A stretch of DNA of 63,087 nt, filler included, from Reclinomonas americana ATCC 50394 (GCA_048213135.1; 10 parts of 10 records of this genome joined end to end with filler, not necessarily neighbours in it); one strand, 5' to 3'; counted from the whole stretch's first letter, positions 25,332-40,900 are shown. A program made the numbers and translations. The notes: a model not told the origin generated them from the letters alone.

Positions 25332-26067
25332 ATGGTGCGTTGGGATGCGTGAGCGTGTGTGCGTTTGAGTGCACATGGCCATGCTCGACCTGACTCGCTC
25401 GCTCACTCCCTCGTGCCTCTCTCCCTCTCTCTCTCTGCGCATGCCCACAGGAGTCATCAGCGGTGAGTGTCGGCACGGTGGCGATCGCCCAGAGTTGTCT
25501 CCATTCGCTCTCTTTCTTTGTCTCACACACACTCTGACTTGATGATGGTGCAGGCGGGTGGTGCAGGTGGTATGCCCTCACAGGGTCAGATGGAGGAGGC
25601 AAAGCGGAAAGCCGATCAACAACAGTTTCGTGTGTGTGAAAGGGGGTGTTTCGTCACTTGTCGATCGTGACGTTGATTGTGTGCGTGTGCGTGTGTGCGC
25701 GTAGGGCCATGGAGGAGCAAAGGCAGGCGATCCTGACGGCCATTCTCACAGCCGAGGCCAAGGAAAGATGTTGCGCTCCGAGGTTGAGTGTGCTTGCCAG
25801 TGTGATTGTGTCGCTGATATCGCGTGGATTGCAGTGAATCGAATCGGCATGGTCAAGCCGGAGAAGGCGCGGCAGGTGGAGAACTCGCTGCTGATGATGG
25901 CGCAATCGGGGCAGATTGGTGGCTCGAAGATCTCGGAGGACAGGCTCATCAACATGCTGGAGCAATACAATGAGAAGAAGGAGAAGAAGACCAAAATCAC
26001 GGTGCGTCGCCGACGGACACTCGACTCCGACGACGAGGAGGATGACATCAATGACGACGACTGGTGA
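25332..26067 (+). CDS. PDCD5: Programmed cell death protein 5
   Basis: ATG|gtgcgt at 25332; EEQRQAIL..ILTAEAKERLNRIGMVKPEKARQVE..LLMMAQSGQ..KISE..LINMLE..KITVRRRR..DSDDE. Confidence 0.93.
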
Positions 26068-26334
26068 GGCGAGCTTGCGCGTGGGCGTACACCGGCACTT
26101 GAGAGGGGGACGGACGGAAGATTAAACAAATGCATCTTCCTTTGTACGCGTATACGCGAGCCACAGGCGTTTTCACCATATTACAAACGCGAGCAGCAAA
26201 GCCGAACCTGTGTGTGCACCTGCCAATACTCTCACGCGCACACGCCTCACCGCGTTCACCAACGCGGTCGTTTTTCTCCCGGTTCTGAGCTCGCTCCTCC
26301 TCCTCCGGAGTCGGTTGCCGTTTTGATTGCGCCA

Positions 26335-28829
26335 ATGTCGCGGCCGCAGACCAGGTCGACTGCCGCCGACACGTATGATCCGCGGCAGTGGGGCAGCAGC
26401 ACCACACGCAGTGGTTCAATGGCCTACGACAGTTTCGGTGCGTTTTCTGACGATGCGCCCGCACGACACCAATCACATCGCCGTTGTGTTTCACGAGTGA
26501 CATCGCACAGACGGAGCCTCGAGCGCTGACCCTCTTTCCGATTGGCAAAGCGGTGAGTCCCTCTCTCTTTCTCCATGTGGATTGCGCTTGACAAAAAGAT
26601 GCGGTGAAACGCAGTGGCCACCGAGGAGCAAGAGCGAGTGAAACGCGCAGGTGGCATGCTGTCGGAAAGGTCTGTGTGCTCGTGCACCCAGAGGTGTACC
26701 TCTCTCACTCTCTCACCCTCCCTCCCTCCCTCTCTCTCGCTTGCCTCCACAGTCGTGTGCAGCAGCTGCTGCGCGCGCATTCCCGCAGCGGATCGCGTGG
26801 TGCAAGTGAATCGGTGAATCTCAGTCAGTCTCTCATGCTCTTGTTTCTCCCTCCTCCTCCTCACCGCCGTGTGGAGCAGCCGGTACAGAGACCGTGGTCA
26901 CGCGGGAGTGGAGAAGGGCCTCGCGCTCTGTCGCCATTGCCGGGCACGCAGCGCAGCTTGTCGCCGCTGTCAACGTCGACAGTGCCCGAGTCTGCGAATA
27001 TCGGAGTCGGTGAGTGCTTCTCGTCACACTCAGCGCGAACACTCACGCCCCGCCTGCTCACCCGTGAATGCGCCACCTCTCTCGCGCGTCAGGCGTCGAC
27101 GATCCCTCTCTCTACTCGCGCAATCGGCGATCGCCATACGGTCGCGTACATCGTATCGGAGTGGATGAGCGTTTCGTCTCACCTGTCGCCCTCCCTCCCC
27201 TTCATTTTTTGCGCCCTCACATCGCGTGGCAGAGAATTTTCTGGCAGAGATGAACATGCGCAAGGCAGAGGTGGAGCGAGAGCGAGAGATGGAGCGGCAC
27301 TCGTTGCAGTCGACGCTGAACCGCACCGACTTGTTTCTCCGCTCGCTGAGTTCCGACACGGCAATCGGGGCTGGAGTGAAGCCGACCGCCACCACCACCG
27401 CCACCACTCTGTCGTCCTCGCAACACCAACAGAGGGGCATGTTGACGCAGCCCACACCCGACGTTGGATCACCGTTGCGACTGCCGACTCCGGGTGGAGA
27501 AGATGAGTCGCGACGACGACACCGCAGCCGCTCCCGCGACGGCCGTGAGTCGTCGGCGTCGGCAGCACCAGCCGAGGAGAAAGAACACCACCACCATCAT
27601 CATCATCATCGCCATCACCGCCATCATCGACATCAGCACGATGAGGAGGAGGGTGAGGAGGAGCGCCGTCATCGGCATCACCACCGACACCGTCATCACC
27701 GCGACGAGGAGGACTCGCTGACAGAGAGCGATAGCGACGGTGGCGTTGGTGGTGCTGCTGCCGCCGATGGTCGTCGGCATCGTCGGCACCGGCATCGCCA
27801 CAGTCGGCGTCACCATCACAGTCGTGATGGGTCACGCCACAGCGGTCATCTGACATCTGGCGATGATAACACGCTGCAGTTGCCACCGGCGTCGCCCGAT
27901 TTGCAGGCAGGCGATACGCAGTCGCATGGCGAGGTGGGTGGCAAATGGATGAAGCCGAGTTGAAACAGGGCACTCACCGAGAATGAGTGCGTCGTGCAGG
28001 GTGGTGTGCCGCGAACTCCAACGTTGCCACAGATTAGCAAATCGCGCGGCCGCGATGCGTCTGGAGCCGACGAACATGTGGATGATGCAGCACTGGAGAG
28101 CACAGAAAGTGTCGATGGCAGCAGTGCAGGTGCCGGTGATGTGGAGGAGATGGATAGCGCCGAAGTTGGTGCGACGACCCAGCAGTCACAAACGCAGCAG
28201 CAGCCGCAGCATCAGCAGTCGCACCAGCAGAGCAGGCAGCAGCGTCCGCCTCCCGAGGTCCTCGAACTGGCGCGTACGTTGGCCCGCAATGTGGAGATTG
28301 AGTACGAGCGGCAGCGATTCCTGGACGTGGTGACGAATCCCAACATTCGGTGCGGCTTCTGCAACTTTCAAAATCCCTTGTGCTTCAATTGCAACTCTCA
28401 CCCCGTACACGACGCAGTGCCGCACGTGAGAATCCAAGCCCCAACAAACGGTTCTGCCAAAAGCCGTCGGTGAATCCGGTTATTAATCTGGATGGTGAGC
28501 ACATGCTTGCTTCACATTCCCGTCACTGTTGCCACTGCGCGCTGACATCACGTCCTCCTACTATCGCAGCCGATCACATTCCACTGAACAATCGGCGTAT
28601 TATCGAGCAGTTGCGTCGGCGCCGACGATTCGGCTGTGTTCCGTGGGCGTGCGTACTTACCAAATCACTCGCTTGCAGGATCGGACCGTGGTGGGGCACG
28701 AAGGAGTCGCTGCAGTCCACCATGCCTCGTCGGGTTCAGCGACGACCCACGCCCAGCATTCCTTCGGTGCATCAGCTGCAGGACGACGATCTTTCTCTGT
28801 TCGGCTCGCAGTACGGTCATTCGCGCTAG
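26335..28829 (+). CDS. Hypothetical low-complexity protein with His/Arg-rich tract and a C-terminal CxxC..CxxC motif, spliced
   Basis: Multiple GT-AG-bounded exons; HHHHHHHRHHRHH tract; IRCGFCNFQNPLCFNC. Confidence 0.55.
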
Positions 28830-28970
28830 ATGTGTGTGAGACAGATATGGAGAAAGAGGGAGAGAGAAAGACGACCGTGGCGCATTGTAGTGTCCTTGTA
28901 CCATCCATCAGCACACGAAACAAAAGCGAAACAATTAGTCTTTACAGCGAATATTAGTTTTAAAGAGCTG

Positions 28971-31900
28971 TCAGTGGCCGTCGGGTTCGACCAGTGTGGA
29001 GAGCGGTGTGGCAAGGGAGCGGTTCGGTGTGGGGAGCGCATGTGCACTTGTCGACGGCATCGGCAGGCCGCTGCTGCTGCTGGCCTGCTCGTACCACGAC
29101 GACCGCTCCTGATCCGTGCGCTGACTCCTCTTCATTCGCACCTTGCGCATCCAACGACGCTGCACAACCGAGCAACACATCAGCCGATCACCACATCGCA
29201 GCACAAGAGAAGAGCAACACACCATCTTGCGGTACGTCTCGATCGTCACTCGGACCGCCATCACCAACACGATCAGAGAAATGCCGATGAGGAAGATAAT
29301 GACTCCTGTGCGTGCGAGGCCACGAGTTAATTGCAACGCATACACACATGAAAAAGACAAGCCTGTGAACGCAACTGGCGAGCAGCAAAGCTTGTTGCCA
29401 CGAGGTGCTCGATGTCGGCTCGGCAATGAGGGTGGTCAGCAACACCAGGAACAGCAACGACATCAGCTCCAGCACATTATCACGCCGCCGACTGTACGGC
29501 CGCACCATGACCGACAGTGTTAGGAATCCCAGCGACTGCAACCGTGGTGGCGTGAGTCCAACAGAACATGCGACATGCGATCACGGACGACGACGACTCG
29601 TACCAACAGCCAAATGACCAGATGCAACGAGCTGAGATCGTCACCGCGCGCGAGAACGACGAATACGGCCACCAGAACCACTCGGCGGAAGAGCTGAATC
29701 GGCTCGTAGAACCACAGAGTGCTGGACCCATAATCAACACGTATCAGCATTCCCCTTTCTGCATTACAGCACACAGGCGGCGGAGCGGTACTCACGGTCG
29801 ATAAATGGCCACGACGCCGCCAAAGCGCTTCCAGTTGCGCGACTGTGCGCGAGCCAGAGGGCTCGTGGTGACATCGGAATCCACTTGCGTCGACAGCGGT
29901 GGCTCGGGCGAGTGGAACAGAAGGAGCTCACGCAAGCCGTCGGCCTGTTGCACCTGGTCCTCCGGGTGCAAATTCTTCTTCACCACCGCCAGTGCGTCGC
30001 CGACGAACAGCTCACCACGCCGGTGTTGCAGCCAGAGAAGAATGAAGAGACCAAAGGGTAGGATGGACAGGAACACGGCGAAGGGGATGAAGAATATCTT
30101 CAGCCACGAGTGGTAGAAGCAGGTGTTGAGACCGGATGGTGAGCCTGCAAAGGGCAGAGCACAGTCAGCAACAGCAGCAGTGCGAACGCGGAGGGGCGCA
30201 ACGACTGACCGTCACAGCCGGTGCACTGCAGACTTGGGATGAGCACGTTGAAGGTGCCGAGGTTGCCGACGGGTTTGCAGTCGAAGAACACAAACGTGGA
30301 AAACAGCTGTTGCGTGCGCGCGTGAGACACGCATGGCACTATCACGACAGTGCTCGCTGGGTGGGCACGCAACAAGAGTCCAGTAGATGCCAATCATGAT
30401 CAGCACAGTGCTGCGCACGTAGTATCGTCGCAGTGCCCATCGCTTGAACGAGTGATAGAAGAACGGGTATCTCTGCACAGTTGCCATGAGTGAAGGACTG
30501 CACCAACCATGACGATCACAGCAAACACGACGAGAAGGCACACCTCCCGAATGCCGGTGCACTTGAACAGCTCCACCAGCAACTTGTGCGCAAAGTACAT
30601 GAGCCACAGTGTCGCCACATACAGCGCCGGCTTGATGATGTTGCCGACAATCTGGCCGGCGCCCGACACCGGGAACGGACACTCGTTGTCGATGGCGAAC
30701 AGCGTGAAATCGAAGAAGCGCAGCAGTGAACCCAGTTCGGTGGACGGGTAAAACGTCAGCGACGCCGTTTGCACAAAGAAGAGCAAGATACTGTGCGTCC
30801 ACAGCAGCGAGTGAGTGGAGGGGGAGGCAGGAGCACCTCGGCCTCCGCTCATGTACGCACCGCACTTCGGTGTTGACAGAACCCTGCGACAAAATGTGCA
30901 ACAGCAGTGTGTACAAGAAGATCTCCATGGCAAGTCCAAAGACAATGAGCGGCCGAACGCGTCCGTCACATTGGAGGCACTGGAGCAAGATGTGAGCGAC
31001 AAAAGCAAGAACCACACTCGAACAAAAACGAACAAACCTGGTGGTTCCACTCGTTGTAGCCCTCGTTGCAGACGCCGCACAGTACCGAAGAGGAGTTGCG
31101 ATTGAGACCGGGCGCACACAGATTGCCCGTCGGCATGAACTGCATCGAGGCGGCCGCGGTGGAGACGTCGCGCACCGTCACTTGCGTGGAGAGTACTGGT
31201 TGTGCCACAAACGTGCGGTTGTCGCCGCCGGAGGTGTCGGAGCAAAAGTTGTACGGGCACAACGACGCTTGCATGGAGCCGTCGGGCATAATCACTGGCC
31301 AGTACTGGCTGTCGACGCGAACTTGCGAGCCGCCGAGGCACACGAAATGGTCGGGACACACAGAACACCGGTCCAGCGCCTGCACCACGTCATACGTGTC
31401 AACTGAGCAGCTCGTACACCGCTGCGTGAGAGGATTGTAGCCCGTCCCGACACCACACTCTCCCATCGAGGCAAAGTACGTGAAGGAATCCGTGTCTAGC
31501 AACGGCGACGAGACCTCCACCGTAAAATTACCTGGCACACCAGCTGTAACCAGTGTGCCATTGGCAATACCGCGCACAGTGGTCAACAGTTGTGTAGAGT
31601 CCGTGCAGTTGGAGCAACTGAGCTCGATGGGGAAATCCCACTGTGTGCGAATCAAGTTGTCCATCGCATCCAACAGGCCGACGCTGAACTGAAGCGTGGA
31701 GCCGGGTGTAACGGTGATCCCTACACGGGCGAGCAAAACAACAAAGATGAACAACAAAACATGGATGGGTGCACTCAAGTGAGGAAACGACGCAACCTTG
31801 CGCAGGTGTGATGAGCTGGAGCGATAGCGGAGCCGTGGCCATGTTGGATCCGTAGGTGGCGGTGTTGTTGCGGAACTGAATAGACCACGAGCTCTCGTCT

Positions 31901-34900
31901 CCACCACCAATGATGACACGATCATTGCCGGCGTCGTTGACGCTCATCAATCCACATGTTTCCTGCAAAACCGCCAATTCATCGGGTGTGCCCTGCCAAT
32001 AGACAGCACCACCACCGCCGTACTGAGGCGGCGCACCCTGATTGTTTACATGAGTTGAGCACAACTGACGAGACGTACGAAGAGAGAGATGTTCGCGGGA
32101 AGAAAACGCACCATGCTGAATGCCAAGCTGTCGGCAATCTCCATCACGCATCCTTGACTCCAGTACACACCACACCCCGAGTTGACGGCAGACATCCAGA
32201 TGCCTCCACCCAGCGCAGCCGCACACGAGCTCAGCGTAACTCGGCCACTCATGGAGACGAGCCCCGTGGATGTCGTATACAGCGCACCGCCACTCTGCGC
32301 AGCGGTCGCATTGTAGATGCTGACGTCAATCAAGTCGAGAGTGACGGCATCTTGCATGTAGATGCACCCTGCTCGCACGCATTGCGAGTGAGCAAGGCAA
32401 CGCGCTGGCACCGCGGAGGAGAAAAGCCACAAATACCTGCGTCGACGCCGGCAGTGGCACCAGAGAACGCCGTGCGGGTCACCGTTGCTTGCGCAGAGAT
32501 GCTCATATCGATGCAGCCGCCGTTCTGTCCCGCTTGCACATCTGCGCACCACGACTGTCAGAGAGTGCACATCCAAACAGAAGGCCGATGCAGTGATCAC
32601 GCACTTGAGATGGTACTGTCCGACACAGTCGCCACACCAGCGCCAGTGAGGCTCGCCAGTCCGCCACCACTAGCCGCCTCAGCACTCTGCACCACCATAT
32701 GGCGCATGACGCCCGTGGCCAGGTCCATCACTCGCAGCACGCCACCCGAATCGCTGGCAACGCTGCTGTAGACGGTACTATATTCCATCACCATGGTGCC
32801 GAGAAGCTCCGAACTCGCCGCTGCAGCAGCACATGGACGTCGGCTAACATGAAGCGGAAGTGCTCACGAACAGCTGTGCACCACGCAACTGCCACCCCAC
32901 GCTGCCTGATTGCCGAGGAATTCGCTGTGCGACAAGGTGCACACAGCGAGATCCTCCACGGCGACGGCGCCACCAGACCACAGGCACTGGTTGTACCAGA
33001 AGTTGCACTTGCTGAATGTCACAGCGGCCGATCTGCACAACGAGAAAGGAGTCAACGGTGAGAAAACACAGCCAGCAATCATATCGTGAATGCACACACG
33101 CAGACAGACCCGGAGACGAATGCAGCACCGCCGCTCGAGCCGTGAGCTGTGTGTGATACAGCGGTGAGTCGTCACAGCGGGAAAGAGTACGCGGACAACA
33201 ACACTTGCCGTCATTTGAGGTGAAAAAGCTGGAAACGATGGTGCCGCCGCCGGCATGAATCAGAGACAGAGCGCCACCGAAATCGGCATGATTGCTGGTG
33301 AATGAGCAGCCGTCAATATACGTGTCGTATACCAACAGGTCGACAGCGCCTCCCGAAACCACCGCCCAGTTCTGCGTGAATGTGCTTCCCTGCATCGAGA
33401 GAGGAGACAGAAGAAACTAACTTTGAGCACAGTCGACATGCACAGGAGACTGCGTGTGCAACAGAGGAGCACGGCACGCACCGTAATCGACAACGTATTG
33501 CCAGTAGCACTCTGCGTGTACGATGAAATACAAGGTCAGCCTTATGCGGCAGCAAAATAATGAGATAGAAGAGTGGCAACGCACCACAGCGCCGCCCTGC
33601 TGCAATACCCTGTTACCGGAGAACTGCGAATCGCTAATGGTGCAATCAACCAGCGAGTACAAACAGCCGCCACGTGACACCGACGTATTATTGTAGCATT
33701 GACTGTCGGAGAATACGAGGTTCCTGCGGCAGAAAGTGTCAATCGAGGCAATGATACCACTGTGCGACTGCGCAACAGCAACAAACCCCTCAGCAACCAC
33801 AGCACCACCACTGGTGGCCGAGATGTTGTTAATGAACTCCGTGTCGGTGATGTGAGTATCGGTCGATACCGAAGCAAACACACCGCCACCGTACTGCCCA
33901 ACATTCAACTGGAACACGCTTCCACGGATGAAGAGACGCATGAGCTTTGCCAGCACTCCTCCGCCCAATGCTGCGTCTCCAGAGTCAGTTGTGCACCTTT
34001 CACTGATGTGGAAGGACGAGAGATATCATGGACGCAACTGGCGGCAAAGGTCGGCGGCGAGGTGTTGTACACGTAGTTGCTGAAGAAAGAGCAACCCTCG
34101 ATAATCGCTGTCGAGGCGTTTGTCGCAGTGTACGAGGTTGCGGTCTGCCGACAAAGTGTGTCAGATGCAGAAACATGCAGACACTTTTACCGCAGCTGAT
34201 GGAAAACTTACCGCGGTGAGTGCCAGTGCTCCACCTCCAAACGCAATGTCTTCGACACCTTCGGGGACGACAGGTACCGCGGGAGTACTCAGCGAATTGC
34301 GACTGAATAGACACGTGTCGATGGTGATTGAGGCGATGGGGAGGTCGGCTGTCGGCAACACGCCAACAATTGCACCGCCACCAGCGACACTGACACCAAG
34401 CGGCACGTAGCCACTGCCAATGGTGACAAAGTTGGTCACGAAGAGAGAGAGTCGCACATCGAGCTGCAACGCAGCGTCCGTAAGCGACCGCGATACCACT
34501 GTGCGGCACAGCATCGAGTTAGCGCCATAAAAACACACAGCCGAAACCCAGCGCACACCAACCATACAGGGCACCACCACCGGCCACCGAGTTCGGAGTG
34601 CTCTCCGTCATGTTGCCGCTGACACCGTTGGCACGAAGCACAGAGTCCGACATGATAAGCGAGTTGGAGACGGCACCCGACTGGACGTCTTCGGTGAGCG
34701 CAAACTGCAACGAGTTGCACGTGAATGTTAGGTAATCAATCAATCATACGAGGCAACAATCGACAGCAGCGAGGGATGCGCACCAATCCACCACCACCGA
34801 AAAATGCAGTGAGCGGGCAGCTCAGGGGCCCGTTGACCACATTGCTGATGAAATCGGTGCTGCGTACATCCTGCACACACACGAAAGCATCACTCGCGGT

Positions 34901-37900
34901 CATCAATCAGCCACACAAGCAAGCATCATCATCAATGGCACGCACAGTGGAAAGCGAGCCAGTCGAGTCGCCGCCAACCTTGGTGGGCGGCAGCGTGCCG
35001 TGCGAGTGTGAGTTGAGGAAGAACGCTGTCACGAATGACAAGCAGTGAGAGGACGGAGAAGTGAGTGCGCTTCTGTCGCAATGCGAACACACCGCCACCA
35101 CCACCGTAGCACGCTGAAGTTGCAAGCGTCGACGACGCACGCAGTAGAATGCTGTTGTACATGACCCCGGAGTCGAGCAACGAGAGCGCCACTTGCGACG
35201 ACTTGGAGGCAGACCATCTGATGCAAAAAAAGATATTGGTCACTCTGGTCCGTCACCAGTGTCTTCTTGTGACAAGAGGGTGACAACAACAACAACAACG
35301 CACCCACTCATGTAGAATGAGCCGCCACCAGACACATTGGTGTCAGTGGCAAACGCATTTGTTGTGTCGGCGCTGTTGTACTTGACTTGGACCAGAATCA
35401 GTTGTGCGTTCACCGAGACCTGCAGTCCGTTGCGGGCAGTGATGTAGACGGCGCCACCGCCGATCTCGTTGCGCGAAACCGGTCCAGTGGCCACATTGTT
35501 GACGACCGACAGGGTGTTGTTCAGCAGCTGCACGTCGGTCATGCGGATGCGCGCCGCGCTCGATCCCGAGACAGTGCTCTGCGAATAGGCCAGCACGTAC
35601 AAACCGGCGCCTGCATGCAACAATGTCAGCTAGGGAGAGAGCAGGGTGTGGAAGCACAGCGCAACCCTCACCTCCGTTCTGGTTGCGCGACCCCGCTCCA
35701 CTGACGACGTTGTCGTCGAAGTTGCCGCGATTCAGCGAGAATATGCCTCCAATGACGGTGACATTGAGTGCCGCCAAGTTGTTGCTACTGAGCGACACCA
35801 GCATGACGCTCCCTACGCGTGTGTGCATGAGGCTCTTGGTACGCTTGTGTAATTTAAAAGACAGAGAACTCACGCACCACCGCAATTATTCACGCCCGCC
35901 GAGCCGAGCACAATGGCAGAACGGCCGTCCACCACGTTGCCGTTGAATTGTGAATATCGCGACACCAGAGACACCTGCGTGGGATTCGAACTGATGGCAT
36001 GTGCGTACATGGCAGCACCTGGAAGACAACAACAAGGAAAGTGATTAGCTGTCAACATCGAAATGCCACACCACATGAGACGGAGAGAGCGTACCGCCGT
36101 TTGCATTCGCTGCAGAGGGGAAGCGATGAATAATTCAATCGATGAGGTGTACACGTAAAGTAAGAGCCGACGCAACATTCGACAGCAGTGACACCCGCGA
36201 CGTGGGCCGTGTTGTTGAAGAACAGCGCGTTCTTATCTTGCAGCTCCACCGAGGCAGACCCAGTACCGTAGCTGCGCAGTCATGCACGTGTGTCAGTTAG
36301 CCAACACAATGGCGTGAAGAGAAGCAAGAGTAATCTCGCCTGATCGACAAGGCATAGACAGCGCCACCGCCACAATAGTTGCCCGACTGTGCCACACTGG
36401 ACGAGGCCTCGACAGAGTTGGTGAGCATATTCGAGCCGGTCATAGTGATGGCATTGCTGGTCTGAATCGCCAGGGCCACGGCCAGGATACCACCGCCTGC
36501 ACAGATGGTTCAGCATAAAGACACGGAGGGGAAGAACAAGGGCAGGAGTAGCACACCTCCATTCAGATTGTTGCCCAGGGACACGTTGGAGCTGGCGTCC
36601 ACTGCGTTTTGTTGCAGTATGCCTGCCGCCAGGGTCGTTTGCAGCGTCGCGCTACCGGTTACTGAGACGGCGACCAGCAGGATGGCCCCTCCTCCTGCTC
36701 AAGGCGATGAGGATATTCTCAACGGCCACCCTGCCCTGCACTGCATCGTCTCTCACCGTTGAGATTGCCACTGGCCTGTGCGTTATTGTGTCGCACGTCT
36801 GCTCGATTCGAGTGCATCTCCACCGTCTGCAACGTCGCATTGACGATGGCCAGTGAGCTCGCCGAGAGTGCCAGCATGTACACGGCACCTGCGCCCAACA
36901 AATCAGTCAGCCACGACAGAGGGAGACATAGCGCGAGAGCAAGGAATGAGAACGCATACCGCCTACGTGATGCACGAGTGTTTGCAATAGACAGCAAGCA
37001 ACATGTGGTCAGTCGCGGGACAGCAAAACAAAAGGAAATTGGATCATCGCTCAACGCACCGCCTGCAATCGCAAAACACACGTGAGACACAGGAGTGCGA
37101 CGACGGAACACCAACTGATCGTACCATTCACGTTCGACAGCGCAGCATCAGAGAAATCGGCAACCACAGTGTTGTTGGCGAATGTGGTGTTGACCATTAT
37201 GAGCACAATTGACCCCGTGGATGAATGACTGTAGCTGGTGATCGATCTGGTTCGAGGTGCACAACGTGTGTCAGTTCGAGACTCTCACATCCAAGCACAC
37301 AGCGGCACATCGAGACGCAACAGGGCACCACCTGTCGCGAGTGCCGGATACACACAGTCAGCAGCAAACAAGCAAGTAAGTACATATAGATCATCGGCGA
37401 GCACGCTTACCGCCTGCACCAAAAGGGGGAAGCAAATCAGTCACACCCCACACATGCAAAAGCGATACAATGCGCATGCACACTGACCGTTGTAGTTGCT
37501 AGCATCCGAAGCAGTAGCATTGGAGTGCCGACTGGTGAACCGATTGTTGTCAAAAATGCACTGTGTAACGTTACTCTCCACCATGGCCGCCTGTGCGACA
37601 TTGTCGACAAGCATGAGAATCGCACCGCCGCTTGAGTTGTCCACGTCGCCACCACTCTGCGGACAGCGTGTGAGAAGGTAGGTGGCAATCAAAAGAGCTC
37701 AGGCGCACAAGCTGCGCTGCACCTGTGTCACACTATAATCCGCGTTCACCTACGAGCAGAACATCATAAACACGCGCGCATTTGATACATGAATACGAGG
37801 GGACAGCAACGAACCACGCCAGAGCTGAAGGTTGAGTTGGTGGCCGTCACGACGAGGCTCACCTGCGGAGGCACAGCGGTCGCACTCTGCGACTTGGAGT

Positions 37901-40900
37901 TCACGTACACGTGCGCACCACCTGATACGAGGAATCGACAGAGACAAGTCAACAAGGACGAACAGCAGTTGGAACACGAGAACAGGTCGAACCGCTGACG
38001 TTGCCGAGACCTCCTGTGGAATTGGTGACGTCGACGTGCCCGTTGATCATTGTCGTGTTGAAAATGCCGACCGTGGCCTTGGCGCAAGCTAGTCAGAAGA
38101 GACATGCGCGATGCTCAGGCCAGGAAACACACACCGTGGCAGGACTTGTGCTGATGGCGAGAATGTAGAGGCTAGCGCCGCCGTTCACATTGACGCCATT
38201 GATTGCCACAGCCGACGGCACATGCACATCGTGGTCCACAAACGTACAGTTGGAGACAGCAAAGCCGCCAACAGCTGGACCCACAGCAAACGACTGCGGA
38301 TCGACCGACACATACTGGTAGACACCGGCACCTGAGCGTAAGTAAAGAGAGAGAGAGAGAGAGTCAGTGAGTCGTGAGTTAAAGGCAGGAGTGAGTGACA
38401 TGTAAAAGGCACCTCCAATAGCGTTGACAGCCAGCGGCCCACCAGTGGCCACGCAACCCAGCGCCTCGATTCGATTTCGCGCAAACAACGATTGCGCCAC
38501 CTCCACCAACATGGAGGAGCCGCCAACGTTGGAGCCACGAACCACGGAGCCGAAAATGACGACGGCGCCTGCAAAAAAATAAACAAACAGTGAGCCTCAG
38601 TGCGCTGTGGCTACGACCAGCAAACTTGCTCTGCCTATAGATATAGATGTCACCTCCGCCAAACACACTCGACGCCACAATATCCGACAGCTCCACAGAG
38701 TTGTCGGTGACAATGTTGTACCGGAAATCAGCTTGCGTCTCCTGCAGACCAATGGCCGACGACTCAAAGTACACGGCGCTGCCACCGAACAACGCGATTC
38801 CGGTGCCAGTGTTCACTGCACCGGCACGGAGCCGATTGCGGAGGAACTGGCAGCCGGCTACCACCACCGAGGTAACGGATGGCGCCGATTCGGCGTGGGC
38901 CTGTATAGACTATCAGCAGCATTCAGCGCAACGGCCACTGTCTCTCCCCCGCTCCGTACCTGGTTGGTGGACGAAAACACTCGAAGGCCACCGCTGAGGC
39001 CACCATACTGCGTCGATGTCTGTCGGTAACCGGTGACCAGCGTGTCGGTGAGGGTCAGCTGGCCCACCAAGATGGTGTTCTCCACCGCACTTGCATTGTA
39101 CATGCCGTTCGAAAAGAGCGCGACAATGCCACCTGGCCACGCACACACTTGACAATCATCACAGAGTATGACAAAGCTAAATGCACGGCATACGCACCAT
39201 TGACATTGTACTGGGCGGTGGAGTCGCTGACATCCAGTGTAATGTTGCTACATTGCACGTTGGTGATGAGACTTGTCAGCTGCCGCAACGATCCGCACAC
39301 AACTGAGTGAGGTAGCGTCAATTGTACCACCACAAAACAATGCCCACTGCACCTGACTTGGGCCGAGAGCGGCATCGGCGGCAATGGCTAGTGCACCACC
39401 ACTGTTCACGTTGGTGCCATTAACACACATGGCGCCCGCCGCGGCCACTGTTGCATTAAAGAACGACGAGTCGGTCACATCGCTGACCAGATTGACAGCG
39501 TAGGCGCTGGTGCCGTGATGCAGGACGGGTTGGGCGGCCAGCACGTACACAAATCCACCACTGCGGTAGGAGGTGGTGAGCCATGAATGGGAAACAAGCG
39601 CCGTCACGTCCGTCTGTGTGTCCGTACCCATTAAAGTTGATAAAGCTGGCTGTCATGTTTTGCGCCGAGAGCAGTGCATTGGAGAACGAGCACTGTTTTA
39701 TCGCCAGCTCCACATTGTCGTTCGATGCGCTGCGACAAAGAGAACGCGTAAGCCACATCCACCCATACATAACAGCCAGAAATGTGTGGAAATGCTACGA
39801 AACATAAACACCGACCCGCCACCAGCAAAATTAGTCTCCGCATTGGCAAAGTCCAGGAGGGTAGTGGATCCCTCAAACGTGCTGTTCCCGAGACCAGCAA
39901 TGGAATTGCCGACACCGCCGTTTGACGAAGCGTACGTGAAGACGTCGGCACCTACGCGGATCCGAGTCAGAACGTTGGGCCTGTACCAGCAAAACAGGAG
40001 AGAGTGCATGTACCTCCGAGCACATTGCGCCCGATGGCGCCTGCAGAGCGCGCCGATACCCGCTGTCCTCGGAACGTGCAGCCGCGAATGACACTGGTCA
40101 CTTGCGAGACGCCGTTGTTGGTGTTGAACACTGACGAGTGCACAGCGCCGCCGAGCGAGTTCTCCAGCGCAGCGCTGCAGCGACGGCCACAGTCATGTGA
40201 CGCAATGTAGGCAACGTACATACGGTACACAGGAAATGCACGACGCAACAAGCTATTGTCGTGCACAGAAGCGCAGTTCACGACGGTCGAATTGAGTACC
40301 GTGGTCTGCACTACCACCGAGTCCGTGCACGCAAAGCATGCGCCGGATACAAACAGCGCCGCGCCACCCGCAATATTCTGCACACGGAATGAGTGGACCA
40401 CAGGCCGCCAAACCAAGAAGAACACGAATCCGACATACCGAAGCCACAGATCCTGCCCCCGACGCATTGATTGTATTTCCGATGAACGAACATCCTATCG
40501 AACTGCTCGGCAATGTGCGTTAGCGGACGCAAATGGTGGCCAAGAAATTGAAAGGCACACTCAACGTATGAGCAATGGTCGGCGGTGTGGTGCCGTATGC
40601 AATCGCATACTGGTGCAGAGTTCCGCCACCTGCGTCATACCAAACACATTAGTGTCTTACGCCGATGCAAGCAGAGTAGCAAACACTTTCTTTCGTACAC
40701 GACACTCACCGATAAAGTTCATGAGCAAGGCAGCGATATTGACGGCCGTCAGCGTGTTGTTCTCGCTGTGCACGGACTGCAGTTCCAGGGTGACTGCGAT
40801 GGAGTCTCCTTGTGCCATTACCATCAGTGCACCACCTGCATCGCGCACTCCATAATCATCAGCATCCACTCAAGCTGTCATTCAACACACACTCCCAGCA

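Noticed and set aside
27580..27840. His/Arg-rich tract as a dedicated metal-binding system
   Set aside because: Low-complexity trinucleotide expansion like many others in this genome; no independent support.
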